Source of the DNA: an uncultured Verrucomicrobiae bacterium
GTDB taxonomy: Bacteria > Verrucomicrobiota > Verrucomicrobiia > Chthoniobacterales > JAFAMB01
Direction: 5' to 3'
Length of the DNA: 64,000 nucleotides
NCBI GenBank assembly: GCA_963762565.1
Contig: CAVXLD010000001.1
Location: 106,498-170,497, forward strand
Shown here: positions 27,441 to 36,614 of the stretch, one piece after another
How positions within the stretch are numbered: the first letter of the stretch is position 1
Layout of the letters: every line of letters begins with the position of its first letter
Notes under the pieces: generated by a model
Seen by the model: the letters and a program-made list of their open reading frames with translations, nothing else
Databases searched by the model: none
What the model was told of the DNA's origin: nothing
Made by a program: the position numbers and the translations under genes

Positions 27441-27455
27441 GTCGCTCGGTTTCGC

Positions 27456-29360
27456 ATGCAAAGTGATAAACTAGCGTTTGACCGCAGTTATCCGCCGATC
27501 GAACGGGCGTTCGCTGGGTTCGATCCGGCAGATCTACAAGCCTATCTCGACGGAGAGTTCGTGGAGACACGAAACTTCGTGAAGAGCATCATTACCCGGC
27601 CAGAGTTTCGTTATTTCGAGGGCACTGATCTGCATGCCTATAGAAAACAGGTGCTCGACTGGTTGCGCGCGATTTCAGATGCCGGCCTGGGGCGCTTGTT
27701 TTTGCCTCCGGAGCTCGGCGGCGAGGCCAACTTAAGGAAATTGATAGCGGTCGTGGAGACCCTCAGTTTCCATGATGGGAGCCTCCTGATCAAACTCGGT
27801 GTGCAATTCGGGCTCTTCGGAGGGAGCATTCACCAGCTGGGGACGGAATATCATCATCGGGCATATTTGCCTAAAGCAGCCGCCTGCGAGTTATTCGGAG
27901 GCTTTGCCATGACCGAGATCGGTCATGGCTCAAACGTCCAAGCTTTGGAGACAACCGCTCTGTATGATGCTGAACACCGGGAATTCATCATCAACAGTCC
28001 ATCGTACAGTTCGGGGAAGACTTTTATCGGCAATGCTGCTGTCGACGGACGGTTCATGGTTGTGTTCGCGCAGTTGCATATTGGAGCCACAATCCATGGG
28101 GTCCACGCCTTCGTAGTTCCAATCCGGGATGCAAGCGGCCAGGCTCTTCCCGGGATTGCGATCGAAGACAACGGGCTCAAGCTCGGTCTTAACGGGGTAG
28201 ATAACGGTCGCATCTGGTTTCAGAACGTGCGGGTGCCTAAGACAGAACTATTGAATCGGTTTGCAGAGGTAACCGACGACGGCCAATACCGGAGCCAGAT
28301 CAAGAGCAATAATCGCCGTTTCTTCACGATGATCGGCACGTTAGTGAACGGTCGCATCACCATGGCTTTAGCCGCGAACAGTATGGCGAAATCAGCGCTT
28401 ACTATCGCGATCCGTTACGCAGCGCGTCGACGGCAATTTGGAGAAGCCGTCCAGGAAACGCTGGTGCTGGATTACCCGGCAACCCAACGGAGGCTCATGC
28501 CCTTGCTGGCCAATGTTTACGCCTTTGACTTTGCGGTGAAACGCCTTGCTCAGGTCCGCGAAACCTCGCCATCGACCAGTGCACGCCCAATCGAAACTTT
28601 AGCCGCTGGCATCAAGGCTTTCTCTACGTGGAACGCAATCCGCACTATCCAGATCTGCCGGGAAAGCTGCGGCGGCGAAGGTTATCTGTTTGTGAACCGG
28701 TTCGCGGCCCTGAAAGCTGATGCCGATATTTTCACCACCTTCGAGGGCGACAACACTGTCCTGATGCAGCTAGTCGCCAAGAACCTCCTTGGGGAGCTAC
28801 AGGACCAGCTTAAAGAGATGAAGCCTGGCCGGATTGCCCGTTTTTTTCTGGATCAGCGATTAAGAGTGCTAAAAGGGAAATTTGCCAGCCTGGCGACCGA
28901 CAGCGCCTCCGAGCTGACTCCCGAGCACCAGCTAAGTCACTTCCGGTTTCGCGAATCAACCCTGCTGCTCCGGTGCGGCGAAGCGTTTCGGCGGTTGGTT
29001 CGCCATAAGGCGATAGATGCATACTCCGCTTTTAGTCAGCTACAGCCGGAATTACTGGAGCTAGCAGAGGCTTACGCCGAACGCCAGGTGCTGGAAAGCT
29101 TTCTTCAAGGCATCACGGACATATCCAACCAAACGTTACAGCGGCCATTGCGCAAGCTGGCTGACCTTTTCGCTCTTTACCATCTGGAGAAACACAAAGG
29201 TTGGTTCTTGGAGAACGGTTTCATGTCGGCAAAAAAATCGAAGGCGATCACAAAACAGATCACTGGTTTGTGCGCCCAGGTTCGGCTTGATGCGGTCGGA
29301 CTAGTAGATGCCTTCGGTATCCCCGACCAGTGCCTCAGCGCCCCGATTGCGTTGGGGTAG
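27456..29360 (+). CDS. Acyl-CoA oxidase / ACOX-type acyl-CoA dehydrogenase
   Basis: FAMTEIGHGSNVQALETTA and NGLKLGLNGVDNGRIWFQNVRVP, about 630 aa, typical of ACOX. The ATG at 27456 avoids a repeat-encoded N-terminal extension. Confidence 0.85.
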   Translation: MQSDKLAFDRSYPPIERAFAGFDPADLQAYLDGEFVETRNFVKSIITRPEFRYFEGTDLHAYRKQVLDWLRAISDAGLGRLFLPPELGGEANLRKLIAVVETLSFHDGSLLIKLGVQFGLFGGSIHQLGTEYHHRAYLPKAAACELFGGFAMTEIGHGSNVQALETTALYDAEHREFIINSPSYSSGKTFIGNAAVDGRFMVVFAQLHIGATIHGVHAFVVPIRDASGQALPGIAIEDNGLKLGLNGVDNGRIWFQNVRVPKTELLNRFAEVTDDGQYRSQIKSNNRRFFTMIGTLVNGRITMALAANSMAKSALTIAIRYAARRRQFGEAVQETLVLDYPATQRRLMPLLANVYAFDFAVKRLAQVRETSPSTSARPIETLAAGIKAFSTWNAIRTIQICRESCGGEGYLFVNRFAALKADADIFTTFEGDNTVLMQLVAKNLLGELQDQLKEMKPGRIARFFLDQRLRVLKGKFASLATDSASELTPEHQLSHFRFRESTLLLRCGEAFRRLVRHKAIDAYSAFSQLQPELLELAEAYAERQVLESFLQGITDISNQTLQRPLRKLADLFALYHLEKHKGWFLENGFMSAKKSKAITKQITGLCAQVRLDAVGLVDAFGIPDQCLSAPIALG

Positions 29361-29365
29361 TTTAG

Positions 29366-29636
29366 AAAGGAGCTAGGAGCCAGAATCTAGGAGCTAGGGG
29401 GTGTGTCGTAGCTCCAAGATAGTCGTTCTCGTCGTCGTCCTCGTCCTCGTTCTCGATGAGGCGCGCGCTAGCATCACCGATGTGACAAACAGAGGCGTGT
29501 TCGCGAAGATCAAAGTCGTCGGTGATTCGAAAATGCCCGGAGAAAACAAACGTCTCGAGGACGAGGACGACGACGAGCACGAGAACGACTTCGGCGGAGC
29601 CACTACACGCCCTCCTAGCTCGTGGATTCTAGCTCC
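29366..29636. repeat. Two-layer nested cassette P-Q-core-Q'-P'
   Basis: P at 29366-29398, Q at 29424-29455 (cgttctcgtcgtcgtcctcgtcctcgttctcg), Q' at 29554-29587, P' at 29611-29636 (cctcctagctcgtggattctagctcc). Core is about 98 nt. Confidence 0.9.
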
Positions 29637-29653
29637 AAACTCCTTGCTCTTGT

Positions 29654-30337
29654 TCACGCGCCCTGGGCCTGGTAGACCCCCTTAAGGTCGACCGAGAGAC
29701 TCGGGTCAGCCAAGACCCGGGGATCGATCTTCAGGCTATCCGCTATAATGTGCCGGAGCCGCTCGAGATGGACGTTCTTCCGATCCAACTGATTTTGGCT
29801 GGCCCACCGGGCGGCGGCAACGATCAAGCTGGACACTTGCTCGGCCGTTAACTTCTCGGTGTTGATGATGATATCGAAATCGCTCCGATCGTTACTGTCG
29901 ATCCCGTAGAGGCGAAGGTACCGTTTCCGGTTCTGTTCGTCTCTCTGCAACGTACGGTAGAGCACGGACTCGTAGGTCAGACCTTTATCGACCTCCCGGC
30001 GGAAAATCCGCTTGGCTCGTTCCTCCAGTGAAGCCTGTAACCAAACCCGGAGATCGGCATTCACCAGCCAGGCGGCCAGGCGTGAACCCACGACTACCTT
30101 CGGCTGAAGTGAGAGCCGGATTTGATTCAAGTCGGTCAGGTAGTCGAAAGTTCGGTTCTGCTGCGATTGTTCATGAATTTCTTCAAAGCTGACTCCGATA
30201 TCGGCCGCCAAATCCCGAAAGGTGTAATTCACGACCTTGAGCCCCAAGGTCCGGCCGACATTCATTGTGGCCGTGGTGTTACCGCAACCGCTTAAACTGG
30301 AGATCGCAATCCTTAATGACTTTGAATCCGGGTGCAC
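29654..30337 (-). CDS. Cytidylate-kinase-like family protein (atypical P-loop)
   Basis: 227 aa. The P-loop-like SSLSGCGNTT has Asn where the Walker A Lys is expected. The overall layout resembles archaeal-type CMP kinase-like proteins. Its start lies 4 bp downstream of the fcl stop. Confidence 0.45.
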   Translation of the reverse strand: MHPDSKSLRIAISSLSGCGNTTATMNVGRTLGLKVVNYTFRDLAADIGVSFEEIHEQSQQNRTFDYLTDLNQIRLSLQPKVVVGSRLAAWLVNADLRVWLQASLEERAKRIFRREVDKGLTYESVLYRTLQRDEQNRKRYLRLYGIDSNDRSDFDIIINTEKLTAEQVSSLIVAAARWASQNQLDRKNVHLERLRHIIADSLKIDPRVLADPSLSVDLKGVYQAQGA

Positions 30338-30341
30338 GCCG

Positions 30342-31271
30342 TTAAACTTTCCTGTTTTTGAGAAACCATTCGTACGTCGACTCGATCCCTTTACGCAGAG
30401 GGATCTTTGCCTGCCAGCCCAGCTTGCTGAGCTTGCTCACATCTAGAAGCTTCTGCGGCGTTCCATCCGGCTTGGTGCTGTCAAATTCCAGCGTCCCGGT
30501 AAAGCCGACGACGTCGCAAACCAACTCCGCCAACTCTCGAATCGTCACATCCCGGCCGCAGCCAACGTTAACGATCTCGGGGGAGTCATAGTGCTCGATC
30601 AGAAACGCAACCGCATCCGCTAAATCGTCGGTGTGCAAAAATTCGCGCCTCGGATTACCTGTGCCCCAAACGACGATGCTTGCGTTGCCGGAGACTTTGG
30701 CTTCGTGCGCCTTTCTTAGCAAGGCTGCCAGGACATGTGAGTTCTGCAGGTCGAAGTTGTCGTCCGGACCATAGATGTTTGTCGGCATCAGGGAAACAAA
30801 GTTCGCCCCGTATTGGCGAGCGTAAGCCTGACAAAGTTTGATCCCGGTTATCTTCGCCAATGCATAGGGTTCGTTGGTGGCCTCAAGCGGACCCGTCAAT
30901 AGGGCATCTTCAGATATGGGTTGAGGCGCGAGCCGCGGATAAATGCACGAGCTTCCCAAGAAGAGCAGCTTCTTCACACCGGCCAGAAAGCTCGCAGCAA
31001 TGACGCTGTTTTGGATTTCCAGGTTTTCTAATAGGAACTCAACGGGAGACTGGTAGTTCGCCTGAATCCCACCCACTTTGGCCGCCGCCACGACGACTAC
31101 TTGGGGCTTGGCAGCCTTGAGGAATTCTTCGACTGCTCCCCGCTCCCGCAGATCAAGTTCCTGTCTGGTTCTTGTGAACAGCTCGATCCCGGGTTTCTGC
31201 GCGAGATTGCGAACGATCGCGCTCCCTACTAAACCTCGATGGCCAGCGACAAAAACGGAGCGGAATCGCAT
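30342..31271 (-). CDS. fcl: GDP-L-fucose synthase (GDP-4-keto-6-deoxymannose epimerase/reductase)
   Basis: VFVAGHRGLVGSAI Rossmann motif, YALAKITGIK (YxxxK). 309 aa, collinear with Fcl/WcaG. Confidence 0.92.
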   Translation of the reverse strand: MRFRSVFVAGHRGLVGSAIVRNLAQKPGIELFTRTRQELDLRERGAVEEFLKAAKPQVVVVAAAKVGGIQANYQSPVEFLLENLEIQNSVIAASFLAGVKKLLFLGSSCIYPRLAPQPISEDALLTGPLEATNEPYALAKITGIKLCQAYARQYGANFVSLMPTNIYGPDDNFDLQNSHVLAALLRKAHEAKVSGNASIVVWGTGNPRREFLHTDDLADAVAFLIEHYDSPEIVNVGCGRDVTIRELAELVCDVVGFTGTLEFDSTKPDGTPQKLLDVSKLSKLGWQAKIPLRKGIESTYEWFLKNRKV

Positions 31272-31304
31272 GAGGCAGCTTAGCTAACGCGTTTTTTTGG
31301 ACTG

Positions 31305-31496
31305 GTCAACGGCAGAGGAGCTAGGAGCTAGAATCTAGGAGCTAGGAGGGTACGGACAAAAGTGGACGGAGTGGACTGAGTAGACGCAGTGGACAGAGTG
31401 GAACCGGCCACCGGCCGATGCGCCTGATTGCGTCCACTAAGTCCACACTGTCCCCGCCGATACGCCGACACGCCCTCCTAGCTCCTGGATTCTAGC
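31305..31496. repeat. Multi-word nested cassette P-R-core-R'-S'-P'
   Basis: P at 31305-31340, R at 31351-31391 (agtggacggagtggactgagtagacgcagtggacagagtgg), R' at 31420-31443, S' at 31444-31464 (ccgccgatacgccgacacgcc), P' at 31464-31496. Lies in the fcl/ribBA divergent region. Confidence 0.85.
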
Positions 31497-31558
31497 TCCT
31501 GGCTCCCTTCTTCGGATTCGACAACGGCGTTAGGCCGAGTTTCTTATACCCCATCTTA

Positions 31559-32779
31559 ATGGTAAGTTTAAACGACCTTATGAACTTTGAGTTCGATCCG
31601 ATCGAGGAGGCGCTGGTCGCCTTGCGCGAGGGAAAGCCGGTGATTGTGACCGACGACGCTCAGCGTGAAAATGAGGGCGACCTGATTTTGGCAGCGGAAA
31701 AGGCGACTCCAGAGACGATCAGTTTCATGATTCGTTACACCTCGGGCGTGATTTGTGTTCCGATGGAAGGTTCCGCTCTGGACCGTTTGGATTTGCCTTT
31801 GATGACCCGAAGGAATACCGAGTCAATGCGCACGGCATATACCATCTCGGTCGACGCAAAGAATGGGGTCACGACCGGAATATCGGCGGCGGACCGCTCT
31901 CGAACGATCCGACTCCTGGCGGACCCAAGTACCGAGGTCGACGATCTGGTTAGGCCGGGGCACGTTTTCCCCCTACGGTATCGTCGGGGCGGCGTGTTGC
32001 GCCGAGCTGGCCATACAGAGGCGGCAGTCGATTTAGCCCGGCTGGCAGGACTACGTCCAGCCGGCGTTCTGGCTGAAATCGTCAACGATGACGGCACCAT
32101 GGCACGCTTGCCGGAGCTCTTTGCCTTTAAGGACAAGTTTGGCCTCAAGATATGCACGATCGAAAATCTGATCGCTTACCGGCGGGTTCGAGAAAAACTC
32201 ATCGTCAAAGAGACAGATGTCGAACTGCCGACGGACTACGGCGATTTTCGGTTGCATCTCTATCGATCCGTTGTGGACAATGTCCATCACCTGGCGCTTA
32301 CGACCGGACCTTTGCCGCCGGTAAACCCAACGCTGGTTCGGGTGCATAGCGAGTGTTTAACCGGTGATGTGTTCGGTTCTCGCCGATGCGACTGCGGCAA
32401 TCAACTGCACGCCGCGTTACAGCAGATTCAAAATGAGGGTGCAGGTATCCTCGTATACATGAGACAGGAAGGCCGAGGGATCGGCTTAGCCGCCAAGATC
32501 CAGGCTTACAAACTCCAGGAAGAGGGTCTCGACACGGTCCAGGCAAACGAGAAACTCGGTTTCCCTAGCGATCTGCGCGAGTATGGCCTCGGGGCACAGA
32601 TTTTAGTCGATCTTGGAGTCCACGATATCCGTCTACTCACGAATAACCCAAAGAAAGTCATTGGGCTGGAAGGTTACGGTCTAAACATCATCGACCAGAT
32701 CCCGATCCGGGTTCCGGCGAATCCGCACAACGAGAAGTATCTCGAAACCAAAAAACTTAAGCTGGGACACTTGCTGTAA
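31559..32779 (+). CDS. ribBA: Bifunctional 3,4-dihydroxy-2-butanone-4-phosphate synthase / GTP cyclohydrolase II
   Basis: DDAQRENEGDLI (DHBP synthase) and VRVHSECLTGDVFGSRRCDCG (GCH II zinc site). Confidence 0.95.
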   Translation: MVSLNDLMNFEFDPIEEALVALREGKPVIVTDDAQRENEGDLILAAEKATPETISFMIRYTSGVICVPMEGSALDRLDLPLMTRRNTESMRTAYTISVDAKNGVTTGISAADRSRTIRLLADPSTEVDDLVRPGHVFPLRYRRGGVLRRAGHTEAAVDLARLAGLRPAGVLAEIVNDDGTMARLPELFAFKDKFGLKICTIENLIAYRRVREKLIVKETDVELPTDYGDFRLHLYRSVVDNVHHLALTTGPLPPVNPTLVRVHSECLTGDVFGSRRCDCGNQLHAALQQIQNEGAGILVYMRQEGRGIGLAAKIQAYKLQEEGLDTVQANEKLGFPSDLREYGLGAQILVDLGVHDIRLLTNNPKKVIGLEGYGLNIIDQIPIRVPANPHNEKYLETKKLKLGHLL

Positions 32780-32814
32780 GGTGAGAAGTGAGAGGTGATT
32801 AGTGGGACGTGACT

Positions 32815-33032
32815 GGTAGGGCGAAAATCTCGGCGCGGCCTACGGGAACCACCTTCCTGGCTGAACCGCGCCGGATTTGAGCCATGCGTGCGCGGTGTAT
32901 TGCCCACGACGTTATTGCTCACCGTCGGATCGAAGCCAGCGAGGTGGTCCATCCACGGCGCGGCTCAAATCCGGCGCGCACGGTCCCAGCGCAGGTGGCC
33001 CATCCTCAACGCGCCGAGATTTTCGCCCTACC
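32815..33032. mobile_element. F2 palindromic element, copy b (218 bp)
   Basis: It has the same 23-bp TIRs and inner cgcgccggatttgagcc / ggctcaaatccggcgcg repeat as copy a. Lies between ribBA and ribH. Confidence 0.8.
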
Positions 33033-33046
33033 GGAGTCTCGGCCAT

Positions 33047-33066
33047 TTCGGGAGCCTCGCCCTACC
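33047..33066. repeat. Solo F1-type terminal repeat (right-end half site)
   Basis: ttcgggagcctcgccctacc lies 14 bp after F2 copy b. This mirrors the F1 left half next to F2 copy a. Confidence 0.6.
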
Positions 33067-33114
33067 ATCCTGGCCCTTGCGGGCAATCTTGGCCGGAGTA
33101 TCGTCCCAAGCTCA

Positions 33115-33591
33115 ATGTCGAATCAGTTTCCAATTCGTCCCGATACGCAGACTGAGACGTGGCGGTTCGGAATCGTGGCCAGCGAATACAACCGCGAATA
33201 TGTGGACGGGCTAGTTGGATTTGCCAAGGACGAGCTTCTAGCGATCGCCCCCAAGAGCGAGGCGACGGTTGTTCGGGTGCCCGGCTCTTTCGAAATCCCG
33301 ATCGGGGTGCAGGCGGTCATCGAGCATCAGCCTATCAATGCAGTTCTCGCCTTTGGCGTTATCTTCGATGGCGAGACCATGCACGCAGAGCTGATTGCTG
33401 GCGCAGTGACTACTGCGCTAATGAATCTGAGTCTGCAGCATAAGATCCCGATTTTACACGAAGTACTTGTTGTTAAAACGGATGAACAGGCCAAGGAACG
33501 ATGTTTATTACCCAAGATAAACCGGGGTATAGAAGCCGCCCGCGCTGCGATCCGGATCTTAAGTACCCTGAGCAACCTGGCAAAGGAGTAG
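33115..33591 (+). CDS. ribH: 6,7-dimethyl-8-ribityllumazine synthase
   Basis: WRFGIVASEYNREYVDGL and VVRVPGSFEIP. The ATG at 33115 is used because the ORF extension to 32884 is encoded by the F2 element. Confidence 0.92.
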   Translation: MSNQFPIRPDTQTETWRFGIVASEYNREYVDGLVGFAKDELLAIAPKSEATVVRVPGSFEIPIGVQAVIEHQPINAVLAFGVIFDGETMHAELIAGAVTTALMNLSLQHKIPILHEVLVVKTDEQAKERCLLPKINRGIEAARAAIRILSTLSNLAKE

Positions 33592-33594
33592 GCT

Positions 33595-34029
33595 ATGGGG
33601 AAGCGACGAGAAGGCAGAGAAGCGGCCGTGCAACTTTTGTTTCATTGGGATCTAAACGCTCAGCAACCATTAGAGGAGGCTGATCTGGATGGGTTCTGGC
33701 AGCTTCGAACCGCCAATCAAGCCACTAAAGAGTTTGCCACCCGGGTGGCCAGCGGAGTGATCGCGGAGCAAGGTATCATCGACGAAAAGATCACCCGTTA
33801 CACGGCCAACTATGAACTGAAACGGATCTCGGCAGTCGACCGCAATATTCTGCGAGTGGCCATTTACGAGATGCTTTTTTGCAATGACGTTCCACCCATT
33901 GTCGCAATCAACGAAGCGATCGAGATCGCCAAAAAGTTTGGCACTGAAGAATCCGGGAAATTTGTGAATGGCGTGCTCGACCGGGTAAAACTTGATCTGA
34001 ATCGCCCACTAAGAACGGCGGCGAGTTAG
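33595..34029 (+). CDS. nusB: Transcription antitermination factor NusB
   Basis: 144 aa with REAAVQLLF, ISAVDRNILRVAIYEM and INEAIEIAKKFG. Confidence 0.9.
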   Translation: MGKRREGREAAVQLLFHWDLNAQQPLEEADLDGFWQLRTANQATKEFATRVASGVIAEQGIIDEKITRYTANYELKRISAVDRNILRVAIYEMLFCNDVPPIVAINEAIEIAKKFGTEESGKFVNGVLDRVKLDLNRPLRTAAS

Positions 34030-34086
34030 AATGTTCGCGCAGCACTCCCGATTCTGGCTAACCGAGGGCGTGCCATCCCGGGCACG

Positions 34087-34959
34087 TTGATCAAACGAAA
34101 ACAGCGACATTCTATGGCTTTTGGATTTCTCAAAGATTTGTTCGACCGGTTTTCCGGAAAACCCGTCGACTGGGACGAGCTCGAGGAGAGCCTCATTCGT
34201 GCCGACATTGGGGTCCCGATGACGCTTGAAATCATCAAAGCTCTGCAAGAAAGGCCAAACGTCAGCGCCAAAGAAATCGTTAATGTAGTCAAGCAGCACA
34301 TCGAACAGATTCTTCCCCTGGCCAATCCGCGCCTCAGACCACTACCGGATCGTCCGAAAGTTATTTTGATGACCGGAGTGAACGGCACGGGAAAAACGAC
34401 CTCCACCGCCAAGCTTGCGCATGTTCTTAGGAGAGAACGTCACTCAGTGATGTTGGCGGCAGCCGATACCTTTCGGGCGGCTGCGATCGAACAGCTCAAG
34501 ATTTGGGGTGAACGCGTTGGCGTCGAGGTCGTCGCGGGTGAATATCAAGCGGATCCGGCTGCGCTTTGCTATGACGCCTATTCCGCTGCCAACAAGAGGA
34601 ACATTGAGTTCTTGATCTGTGACACCGCCGGACGTCTTCACACCCGCTACAATTTAATGCAGGAACTCGGCAAAATTGTCCGCACTCTGCAGAAACATGA
34701 TCCAGCAACCCCGCACGAAAGCTTGCTTGTAGTGGACGCAACCACCGGGAGCAACGCGCTCGTTCAAGCTCGCGAATTCAAGGAAGCCATCGGGTTGACC
34801 GGTCTCGTGCTCACTAAACTGGACGGCTCTGGAAAAGGCGGTATCGCAGTCGCCATTCAACAAGAGCTGGGTATCCCTCTCCGGTTCATCGGCACCGGGG
34901 AGAAAGTGGGCGATTTCGCGTATTTCGATCGGGAGCAATTCGTTGATCAGCTGTTATAG
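34087..34959 (+). CDS. ftsY: Signal recognition particle receptor FtsY (NG domain only)
   Basis: GVNGTGKTTS, DTAGRLH, TKLDGSGKGG. The start may be the ATG at 34114 (MAFGFLKDLF). Confidence 0.92.
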   Translation: MIKRKQRHSMAFGFLKDLFDRFSGKPVDWDELEESLIRADIGVPMTLEIIKALQERPNVSAKEIVNVVKQHIEQILPLANPRLRPLPDRPKVILMTGVNGTGKTTSTAKLAHVLRRERHSVMLAAADTFRAAAIEQLKIWGERVGVEVVAGEYQADPAALCYDAYSAANKRNIEFLICDTAGRLHTRYNLMQELGKIVRTLQKHDPATPHESLLVVDATTGSNALVQAREFKEAIGLTGLVLTKLDGSGKGGIAVAIQQELGIPLRFIGTGEKVGDFAYFDREQFVDQLL

Positions 34960-34974
34960 GATTAATCCGCACCT

Positions 34975-36576
34975 ATGGCTGACCGGCACCCTCTGAAAAT
35001 AGCTGCTGCTGAACCCCCGAAGTCGACAGTCAAGGCGGACCATCGGTCCCACGGTTTACGCTTCGGTCCGCCGCAACCTTTCTCGTACGATTGGCTCAAG
35101 CAGCATGCAGAGAATCTCGCGGCGAAGGAATATCAGTCTCCCCCACTGCCTGACCCGAACATTGTCGCTAACATCGACTATGACGCTTACGGCAAGCTAA
35201 AATATAAGCAGGACTTCGCTCTTTATGGAGACGGCCAGACCGGGGTCTTTCCCATTACCTTCATGTTTGTGGGGCATTATTTCCCGAAGACGGTCCGGAT
35301 GTATGCTGTCGAGAAAGGGGCTGAGATCGCCCGCGAGATTCTCTACGACCCTGAATATTTCGACATTCCGGCCAACAGTGTCGCTAAAAAACTTCCCACT
35401 GAGCCTTCCTGCATGGCCGGCTTTTGGGTCATGGAAGCGAAGACCGGCCCACTCGATTGGCATAAGGAAGAGCCATGGGCAACCTTTCTCGGCGCCTCTT
35501 ATTTCCGGGCCAAGGGAGAACTCGGACAAGTTGGTATATCGGCTCGCGGTATCGCGCTAACACCCGGAGGAAGTGGGCCTGAAGAATTCCCAGACTTTGT
35601 GGCGTTCTGGTTTAGTCCAGCCGAATCCGCCACTGAACCGCTCAACTGCTATGCCCTGCTTGACGGCCCAAGCGTCACCGGTGCTTATCGCTTCGCCCTC
35701 CAGCGAACCAAGGCTGTGATCACGGACGTTGAAGCGACCCTTTTCTTCCGTAACCCCGTCGAGCGGCTCGGCTTAGCCCCCCTCACCTCGATGTACTGGT
35801 ACTCAGAGACCGTGAAACCCGTAGCGGTGGACTGGCGACCGGAGGTTCACGATTCCGATGGACTAGCCATGTGGACCGGCAACGGGGAGCGCATCTGGCG
35901 TCCCTTGAATAACCCGCCACGGATCGTGATATCGAGTTTTTCGGATGAGAATCCTCGCGGCTTTGGGTTGATGCAACGAGACCGCAGCTTCGACCATTAT
36001 CTCGATGGCGTCATGTATGAGAAGCGGCCTTCAGTCTGGATCGAGCCGCTCGGCAATTGGGGCTCCGGTGCGGTTCATCTGGTCGAGATTCCGACGGGCG
36101 ATGAAATCAACGATAACATCATTACCTATTGGTGCCCAACTAAGCCGGTGCAGGCAAAGGACCGGATCGCGCTCCGCTACCGTCTGCATTGGGTCGCGGA
36201 CGAGCCCTATCCTCCACCGCTCGCTCGCTGCGTCGCGACTCGCCTCGGACGGGGAGGACGACCAGGCCAGCCTCATCCTGCTGGCGTTCGAAAATTCGTA
36301 GTTGAATTCCTCGGCGGCCCATTGACGGCGCTGCCTGATAATGCAAGACCGGAGCCGGTACTCTGGGCGTCGCGGGGCAAATTTTCCTACTTTAAGGTAG
36401 AGAAAGCCCCCGGTAGCACACTCGGTCTTTGGCGAGCGGAATTCGATCTGGAAGCGGATGGACACGATCCGGTTGAGATGCGCCTTTTCTTAAGGACACC
36501 GGATCAAGTGCTGACTGAAACCTGGCTTTATCAGTATCATCCGTTTCATGTTGAAGGAGCTCCAGTCGGAAATTGA
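34975..36576 (+). CDS. Glucan biosynthesis protein, OpgG/OpgD (MdoG) family
   Basis: 533 aa. PFSYDWLKQHAENLAAKEYQSP and the overall beta-sandwich family pattern. No obvious signal peptide on the annotated N-terminus. Confidence 0.8.
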   Translation: MADRHPLKIAAAEPPKSTVKADHRSHGLRFGPPQPFSYDWLKQHAENLAAKEYQSPPLPDPNIVANIDYDAYGKLKYKQDFALYGDGQTGVFPITFMFVGHYFPKTVRMYAVEKGAEIAREILYDPEYFDIPANSVAKKLPTEPSCMAGFWVMEAKTGPLDWHKEEPWATFLGASYFRAKGELGQVGISARGIALTPGGSGPEEFPDFVAFWFSPAESATEPLNCYALLDGPSVTGAYRFALQRTKAVITDVEATLFFRNPVERLGLAPLTSMYWYSETVKPVAVDWRPEVHDSDGLAMWTGNGERIWRPLNNPPRIVISSFSDENPRGFGLMQRDRSFDHYLDGVMYEKRPSVWIEPLGNWGSGAVHLVEIPTGDEINDNIITYWCPTKPVQAKDRIALRYRLHWVADEPYPPPLARCVATRLGRGGRPGQPHPAGVRKFVVEFLGGPLTALPDNARPEPVLWASRGKFSYFKVEKAPGSTLGLWRAEFDLEADGHDPVEMRLFLRTPDQVLTETWLYQYHPFHVEGAPVGN

Positions 36577-36614
36577 CGAGTCCATCCAAAGCGCGATACA
36601 GGCTCGTATCACGT

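Noticed and set aside
31272-31558. FMN (RFN) riboswitch upstream of ribBA
   Set aside because: The region is occupied by the P/R/S word cassette. I could not find the conserved RFN core segments (for example GGATTCCC...GGTGAAATTCC...CAGT..AAGTCTGGATG-like boxes). Only a covariance-model scan could exclude a divergent version.
32884-33114. N-terminal 77-aa extension of the ribH ORF, and similar extensions of the fadL-like (21646-21942), Lnb-like (46661-46840), folE2 (52254-52382), thyA (52048-52176) and acyl-CoA oxidase (27351-27455) ORFs
   Set aside because: The extensions are encoded by repeat elements or lack homology, while internal start codons give N-termini matching the respective families.
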